A DNA stretch of 64,000 nt, taken from NCBI RefSeq assembly GCF_009914755.1, contig NC_060929.1. One strand, written 5' to 3'. The translations under genes and the position numbers were made by a program. This stretch comes from the human T2T-CHM13v2.0 reference genome, Homo sapiens. The notes under the pieces are model-generated. The model did not search any database. It had not been told where the DNA came from and saw nothing but the letters and a program-made list of their open reading frames with translations. This document shows, in pieces, positions 55,656 to 64,000 of the stretch; the first letter of the stretch is position 1, and each line of letters starts with the position of its first letter.

Positions 55656-57957
55656 CATCCCCCTTTAAATCAACAAATCACCACTCCATGTTGGTTGGGC
55701 CACGTCAAGAACAGAGCAAAATGTTTCATCAATGGAACACGTTTTTATACATAATTTATAAAGTACAACATAAAAAAGCATTGGAGACTAGAAGAGAGTG
55801 CTAAAATGATCATGATTTCCCTAGATTCTAAGAGAAAACTATAGAAATGTGGAGAATATGCTTATCTGAGAAAACTTGAGAATTAGAGAACCACATACTA
55901 CTCTTTGACAGTGACTAGCTAATCAGTAGGCATGGTAGGGAAGACGTGAGCACATGATCCTTCTGTAACACATTAGCTCCACTTTCATGACACTATGGTT
56001 CTGCAAAGTCTCATTCTGCTTTCATTTTTAAAATTAGATAATACCACTAAAAGGAGCCAAACTACCAAAAAAAAAAAAAGATTCCATTAGCCAAACAGAC
56101 AATTTAAAGTTCAAGCAAAGAAATGAAGTACCCATAAAGAAATTCTCTACTTTGAAAAAGGAAATACATCATCTCTTATCATGTGCTGATTAGAACCAAG
56201 AAAAAAAAAACTCTACTTTGCTAAAAATTCCATAAAAGCACAAAATTATTTTAAAGTAGCCTATTTCTTTGCTACTCTGTATTTAGCTTTACCGAAGGTA
56301 GGTATATTGGCAATGAAAATATGTGAGACAGAAATTACAATCACAAGAGAGCTGACAAATGACCTATGCTGCCTCTGCTCCTGTTATTTCAGGGGGATGG
56401 GATGAAAGAAATCCAAGGAGAAAATATCCATCGCCACCAGTGGTCCAAGGCAAAAGCTCCAAGCGGGGCCGCTCTGGGAAAGGTGGTCAGCAGCAGTAAA
56501 GGGAATTGCCATAGAGCCTAACTATTAGGATATGAGAACAGAAGGGGATGTAGTTTCAAAGAATAATCAGGGAATCAGTTGTGGATCTGCTACTTGTTGT
56601 TTTCTGACTTTGGTTCAACCACCACAATTCTCAGGGTGACCACTTCTCTAGCTCTGAAGTACACAGGAGAGAACACATGTCCGTTAAAGTCCCCTTCCAG
56701 ATGAAAAATATTATGATTCCAATATTTACTGGACATCTACCTCAAAGGACATGAAAAAATCTGGTGAATGGAGGGAAAGAATAAAGCACTGAATCAAAAC
56801 AATGGGATCAGATCTTCACTTTACATTTTATGATCTGTGTGGCTTCAGAAAGTCATTGGAAGTATATGAAGTCTATCTTGTTCAACATGGATGATTGTTT
56901 GAAAAATAAATGTGATGATGTGAATTAAAATGCTCTGTAAATTGTAAATATACAATGGGACATTATTGCCAGTGGTCAAGGTTTGAAGAACAGAACTGGT
57001 AAGGGCTTGTGAGCCAAGGGCAGGGAAGACTAGTCATCATAAGAGAAGGCAATCTCGAATCTCCATTCGTAGCTGGACAATCACACCACTGCCCTAGCTA
57101 CTGGGTTTTAAGAAGATGGATCTGCAAACATTTCTAATCTAAATTTACAGTATGAGTATCTTTAGGAACAAGTCAGATCCTCTGGACAAAAGGTTTGAAG
57201 GTTTTGTTTGTTTGTTTGTTTTCTTTCTTTGTTTTCCCAGCTCAAAGACTTGTGAATCTGTTTTTTCCTTCGAAAAAAACAAAGGTTTTTTTCTGGCTCC
57301 AAGACTCCTGAGTGTACTATAGAGGGAGATGATAATGTGCACAAGTTTGGGTCACTAATATCTACAAAGTAGTTGGTTATTGAAACTCTAGGTCATTTTT
57401 GGAGAAGAAATCAATTCTGAAAACAATCAAATGTATATATTTTTGCTCTTATTAATTTCCAGGCCCTTTACTTGTCTCCATCACAGTAGCCATGACTCCA
57501 TGACAAGCTCTAATTACCTTCAGCATGGGGCATCACCAGGCCCATAGAATTGGATTCTCTGACTCCAGTCTTGTGCTCTGCCAGGACAATCAATTTTACA
57601 CAAGCTTCTGTTCTAGGAACACCAAACATTTTTTTGCACCTTGTATTCTAACATTCCCTTCCTATAAAACATGCCCTTCCCAACATCTCAAGGGACTCTG
57701 AGATGTTTCTCTCTCCTTCCCAGGGAATTTCCTAATTCTCCACATTCAGGCCTTTTGTTTCCACCAAACTTCAGAATTCCTGAGATGAATCTTTACGCCT
57801 TGTGGAGTTCTTTTCCTCCCAGCTCTGCGTTTTTAGATTACCTTAGCTGTCCTTTAAAAATTTCAAACACAGCAGGCACATTTATTTTGAACTTTCTCTG
57901 CCAGATGTGAAGTAAGTATGTTCCAGAGTAGTGGTTCTCAAACTTCGGGCAATCTGA

Positions 57958-58738
57958 CAAAAATACAGAGGTTCAGGCTCTCTCCTTAAATGAATCCCAG
58001 CCTTTTTATGACTTATTAGCTCTCCAAGTAAGGACAGGGATAGACATGGACGTTGCTGGGGTTTGAGGTAATAGGATTCAGCTGTGACAGATTCAGTTTC
58101 AAGTAGCTGACTACTTAAAGTTCTACATTTTAGAATGAAGGTCAGGCCCTGCATCAGGTTCACCCAACTTATGACTCCTCCCTCAAGCCTATCCTGAATT
58201 TCTGAGATATTCTTTGCTAGAGTATGATACTATCATCATTAAATATTACATTGCATCAATTTAAGAGATAAATTTTTTCACATTTCAATGTCTTTGATAT
58301 TGTGTCATATCTTAAAATCTATGACATCTTAAAATTATTTGTCAGCATCTTTTCTTCCACATTAGCACCTAACATAATGGTGCTTCTTACAATCAAGTTT
58401 TCTTAGATTTGGTGAAAAACAACAGCAAAGACATCAAGAAAAGAAAATTATTCTCTAACTCAAAGTTAGAAGAAGTAACCCAACAGCTCAATAAATATTG
58501 TGGAAATAAAGTGGTAGAATGATGTAATATTATATGATTTATCGAATTCAGGCTAGCATGCTTAAATATGAAAATTTTGAGGAGGAATTTGTCATCTGCA
58601 CAATTTTGTAAAAATTCAGAGGCGTCTAGCTCTCTCCTTAAATGAATCTCAGCCTTTTTATGATTTATTAGCTGTCCAAGTAAGGACAGTGGTACAGATG
58701 GACATTTGAAAAGTATTGCTGGGATCTGGGGTCATACA
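57958..58738 (+). repeat. Dispersed ~120-bp direct duplication (57958-58075 and 58610-58738)
   Basis: Shared core 'gctctctccttaaatgaatc(c/t)cagcctttttatga(c/t)ttattagct(c/g)tccaagtaaggacag'. Confidence 0.9.
58246..58422 (+). mobile_element. MER104 (TcMar-Tc2) MITE
   Basis: 'ttttttcacatttcaatgtctttga...ataatggtgcttcttacaatcaa...tcttagatttggtgaaa' matches MER104. Confidence 0.7.
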
Positions 58739-58911
58739 ATTGGTGATCTAGTATCTAATTACCCAGAGAACTGAAGCATATTCCATCGAATAGCCAATTT
58801 GGTCTGCTAGGGACCAATAAAGCATGGGGCATGGACCACATCTCAGTTCTTAACTGTCTATTGACTTGTGGGTCATCAAACTTAGGTTCATCCTGATAAC
58901 ACTTCAAAAAC

Positions 58912-59487
58912 AGAGGTGTCTATATCTGTGTAACAAACTACCCCAGATTTAGTGGCATGAAACAATGACAATTTTTTTTTTAAACTATTGCTGTCTATCA
59001 TGGCTCCAGGGATTACCTGGACTTAACTAAGTGGATTTCACTTGGGGACTTCCATATGGATGTTTTAATGCAAAATCATGAGTGGCTGGGGCTGGAGACA
59101 GCCCACATGTTTGATGCCTGGGTGGGAAGACACAAACAGCTGGGAGCTGAAACAGAGGGACACCTTGGGCGCCTCTCCCAATCTCCATGTGGCCTGTTTA
59201 TGAGGTCTCTACAAGACACTAGCTTCACAGTAGTCCTATCTCTTATATGCAGGTTCTTGGCTCCAAAAGTGAGTGTCTCCAGAAAGAGAGAGAGACAGAG
59301 AGATAGACATAGGTAGAGAGAGAGAGAGAGAGAGAGCATCTACCTGTGAAAATTGTGTAGCTCTTCGTGACCTAGCCTAGGCAGGCGTGAGTCTGCTGCA
59401 TCCTATTTGCTAGAATTGAGTCATTAAGCCTGTCTACAGTCAAGAGAAAGATAACTAAACTTATGGATATGTTTTAAAACCACCATA
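58912..59487 (-). mobile_element. MLT1H-like LTR with an internal (GA)n tract
   Basis: 'tgtgtaacaaactaccccagatttagtggcatgaaacaa...tgttttaaaaccaccata'. Confidence 0.78.
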
Positions 59488-59660
59488 AAGAGACATCTTA
59501 AATGTTAGTGATCATTCTCTGAATCCAAAATTCAAGTCTTGCATTTTAAATAATCTGAAAGTTAATCAACACAAAATCTTTTTTCATTCTTAAAAAAATT
59601 ATAAAAGCTACTGCAATATATTCATTAGGAAAAAAAAATTGTAACTACATCTGAGTGGTC

Positions 59661-59670
59661 TGCTGAGTCA
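59661..59670 (-). promoter_or_regulatory. Consensus ARE / NF-E2 (CNC-sMAF) site
   Basis: TGCTGAGTCA on + equals TGACTCAGCA on -. Motif match only. Confidence 0.3.
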
Positions 59671-59684
59671 AAGAGAACTCTAAG

Positions 59685-59739
59685 CAACCTATAAACATAG
59701 AAAAACCCACACACAACCTATAAAAATAGAAAAACCCAC
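59685..59739 (+). repeat. 29-bp period tandem duplication
   Basis: caacctataaacatagaaaaacccac / caacctataaaaatagaaaaacccac, 1 mismatch. Confidence 0.85.
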
Positions 59740-61967
59740 CCACCAAAATCCATGATGCCTGTCTTTCCAAAACACAAACTGGATCAACACAAAATCGCTC
59801 ATCAAAGATGCTTAAAGTAGCATAAATAATGTTTCTTTGTCAAACATTAATTGTTTACTACTATGTATTGAAGATAATTTTTAAAGTACATTATAAAAGA
59901 ACTTGTGTCCCTTAAAATTACTTCTCTCAGGTTAGTGGCTGATTTCATTTCTTATCTATGAACTGCACCCAGAGAGATGGGAAACCTAGAGGTCTGAATA
60001 ATCAAGACGATAAATATCTTCTATGGTTTTATATTTTTCAAAGAAATAAATATTAAATGGGAAGATGCCCATTGTTTGTGATTTTGACTCAACTTTTAAA
60101 ACTTGCACATTTTGATCTGAATGCTACAAACTGGACCCACCAAAATAACTCGTATCACTTCATGCTATTTAAGAATCATGAGTGTTTACGTGTAGGAATT
60201 CATGCTGTTTAGAGTAAAATAAAGTCTCCAGAATCAGCATTCTGGCACTTATTTTCAATGTAATGTAGGCACAGTGGGAAACTGTAGGTTTAACAGAAGG
60301 AAATACTGGTAATTAATGTATTAAATTTTAAAATAAGAAATACCCAAAAATCTGACTGCCCATGTATCTATACATTCAAGTAATTTGGAAACTCCACTTT
60401 TTAACGGGCATATCTACCCTATCAGGCAGCCACTGACAAACTTGAAATGGGTAACATAAAATATCTAAAATATTTTTATGTTGATAAAACTACTATAACA
60501 AACTTTATGGCAAACACCATGCTGAATGCCAGGAATACATTTTCATTGAATTCTCACCAGAAACCTATAAGGCCAATAATATTCTATTTTAGATCTGAGA
60601 CAACTACTGTATTAATTACCCAATTTTATATAAATGATTCAAGGAATCATTTGAACTCCTTAAAATAAACAACGATGAACAAAAAAAAGTAAGGTAACTT
60701 TCCAAAGTGCAATCTTTACCCTCTTGTTTCTCACTAATCCATTTTAGAGACACTTTTATTTCTCATGCCAGCCCCTTGTTGAATTTCAGCATTGCTACTA
60801 GCCTTATAAGATGTCTAAAGATCAGCATTTAATCTCAGAACAAGAACCAAAAACACAAACAAAAAAATTAATGAGCCATCACCCCCACCCCTACCCCATA
60901 AGTCATTACAGTTAAATAATTATCTAAACTTGGAATATGGATCACTGTGTTTAGGTCATAAGTTGATTAAGTCTGTAAAAAATGCCTTCTAATCACATAC
61001 TCTTTGCCAGGCAATGGGAGAAAACTGTTAAAACAAAATTATGGAACTTTTATTTAGATTGAAGTTGAGAGAGACAAAATACAAATAACAAAATAGATAT
61101 AATAGACATACCACAATAACAGCTAGTGGTGAGAAAGAGAAATGAAGCAGGCCAGGAGATGGAAAGAGCGGGCTCTCTGGGGTGGTGACATTTCAGCAGG
61201 GGTGACATTATAGCTTCTCTAGACAAATCACATAACCTCTGTATGTCCATGTTTCCTGATCTGTAAAATGAGGAACTGGACTATAATGACATTTAATGGA
61301 CCTCCAAGCCTTGAAGTTCTATGACCCTGAGCCCTTCCATTCACAAGAAAGCCTCCCAAAGAAGAGTTTTCTCTAATAGCTCATCTAGTATCCATCCAAT
61401 TCCAATGGAACCAACAGTATCAATCAATCGCACTCCCTTATGAATAGTACCTCTCATCCCTAGAGGTGAAGGTCTGCTCTCTTCTTTTTAATCTGATAAA
61501 GCTTTCTGGTAAATATTGCAATGCAAGAGAAACAATATTTCTAAGCATCAGCAAGGAATGTGGCAGGATTCCACACTGGCTGATCTTGTAGACTAGACAG
61601 GGCAAGAGATGTAATTTGCTGAATTATTTACCACACAAATTCTCACAACCTTAAAAAAAAAATCAGTGAACCAGTTTCAATGCAGAGAACCCAGTCCCCT
61701 TTTTTCTCTGAAATGAAGGATGGTATTGTGTAAATAGTGTCAGGATGTAGGGATCACTTAAGGGGAGGCAGCAATTCTGAAAACACAGATTAAAGAACAA
61801 AGATGCACACTGACATCTCAAGCTCTGCTTGATGGGCTGAATATAGTAAGACGTACCAGTAACACAAGCAAATTCTATACTATGGTTTAGAAAACCAAAG
61901 TGCAAGAATAATATGGAAAGCCAAATCTTGGTAGCAACATATACTGGACAAAATCTCCTTAGATATG

Positions 61968-62447
<480 letters not shown>

Positions 62448-63747
62448 TTTAGAGACAATCAGGAACAGGTACAGCAGTTTTTTTCAAACATGTGAAGCGC
62501 TGTTGTATAGAAGAAACATTAACTTGGCTCAGTCTAGAAACAAGAATTAGAACCCTGCTTTAATATTGCTTCATCAGCAAAGGCAGGTAACAAATCTTTC
62601 TTTCCCAACAATGCCCAGAAGGGAATGTCATCACTCTGACAGATCCATCATTGAATAGGACACTTATGAAAAAGTTGCACTTCTTATCTTACTAAAAAAC
62701 GTGAAAATATGGCAATAAAAGTAAAACAAGAAAACCAAACTACCTATCAAAAAGCACTGTCTCATTAGTAGTTCCCAATGCACTCTCCTTTTGCCTCCAG
62801 AGAATAATTACATAAATCATTTTATTTTCTCTTTAGAGAATGAGAGGTGGACACCCAGCAGGCAAGAACATCATCAGAGGGACTGACATTCAGGTTTGCA
62901 AATGAACATTTTTCTGAAGATGCCACCTACTTTTGTTAAACTTCCTCATGGATACATTACAGATCATCTACTGGAAGAAATATTTGCTGTCTTGAGACTG
63001 TCAGGATTCCCAGACAGCCTGTATCATCAGTATCACAGGAGGAAAAAATAAATAATTTGTAAAACCACCCTGTGTCCATAAACCTGATCTCAACAAAGTA
63101 GCAAGACTGTCAACAGAGTTTAGCAAAAAATGTCTATCTCACCACTATGATATTTGAGATAATACTCAAGAAAATATCTTACCTTTATTACAAGTTAAAG
63201 CTACAATAATGCGACTTATATTTCACTAGTTCCACATAGTTCACCTTCTAAATGTGTATTAGAAATGTTAAATAATTATTTATGATCCTAGGAAATTGAC
63301 TCTTTGACTCTATTTGGATCAATAAAATCAGAAAAAAACTCATTTTTTTTCCAGGGGTGGTTTGTTTGATTTTCTTTAACAGAACCAGGTTTTTAAAGGA
63401 AAAATAAAAGATTATATTGTTTGTACTAGCACAGAAAATCTTAACAATGGTTTGACAGACCTTCAAATTATAAAATATCAGTAGCCCAAAGTGTTTCAAA
63501 CACTGCTGTCTTTAAGAAAACAATTTAGATTCAAGAGAATTCAGTCTGAGTCCCAGTTGTCATCAAGCTCAATCTGTTTATGAGATTTTAGTTTACTCAT
63601 CATTTACTGAGGGCATTGGCTGTTATACTGATTCCTCCAGCTTTAACTTCCCACATTCCACATTTCTATGTAAATAGAAGGGAAAAATCACTTCCCATTT
63701 AACTAACTAAAGCCCATGCATATTTATTTTAATAAAATAGGTGTTAC

Positions 63748-63884
63748 TTAGGGATGAACATCTTTACAGAAACTTTTAACACAGGTTTCTAAGAAGTCTG
63801 TGTAATAGCTCCCTGAAGACCTTTTAAAGTTCATAGAGAGATCTAACGTGAGTGCATTGTAAATATCTTGAAGGGATGGATAGA
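63748..63884 (-). CDS. Candidate exon with phase-1 frame YPSLQDIYNALTLDLSMNFKRSSGSYYTDFLETCVKSFCKDVHP*; product not recognised
   Basis: Acceptor '(tg)n tatttcag|TCT' at 63884. One frame is open to TAA at 63750-63748 and the other two close early. TAA is followed directly by 'gtaaca' (possible donor) and by AATAAA at 63728-63723. Confidence 0.35.
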
Positions 63885-63891
63885 CTGAAAT

Positions 63892-63947
63892 ACACACACA
63901 CACACATATGCACACACACACACATACACACACATACACATACACAC
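63892..63947 (+). repeat. Interrupted (CA)n microsatellite
   Basis: acacacacacacacatatgcacacacacacacatacacacacatacacatacacac. Confidence 0.95.
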
Positions 63948-64000
63948 TGCTTGCCGGATTTTGAAGACTAATAATGCAACCTCTAAAGCCAAATTAGGAT

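Noticed and set aside
61450-61776. - strand acceptor 'tctgtgttttcag|AATTG'
   Set aside because: No convincing donor, recognisable frame or poly(A) signal. It could be a non-coding exon but is unsupported.
62837-62893. + strand 57-nt exon-like segment (ttttctctttag|AGA...CAG|gtttgc; RMRGGHPAGKNIIRGTDIQ)
   Set aside because: The acceptor is good but the donor is moderate, the peptide is unrecognised and no partner exons are evident. Such matches arise by chance in 64 kb.

Overview
Primate (probably human or other catarrhine) genomic DNA with AluJ/S/Y, L1PA, L1M, THE1, MLT1, Tigger3a, MER104, MER33, MIR and L2 repeats. It is AT-rich and looks intronic or intergenic. I cannot name any protein-coding gene, and the ORF track is dominated by repeat-derived and chance ORFs. 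Retroelements are mostly + oriented and the two best exon candidates are on the - strand (63748-63884 behind a (TG)n tract; a terminal exon at about 28862-29126 with a complete poly(A) site), which suggests a - strand host transcript. The most unusual structure is a block of interleaved ~150-bp inverted repeats (A-B-A'-B', pseudoknot topology) at 3016-3865. Also notable are a 351-bp pure-purine tract with CpG-retaining flanks, a twin-primed inverted L1PA, and a four-level nest (L1M > L1P 5'UTR > full-length THE1 > Alu). I see no convincing evidence of a new multi-gene system. Repeat subfamily calls and alignments were made by eye against remembered consensus sequences, so boundaries are approximate.
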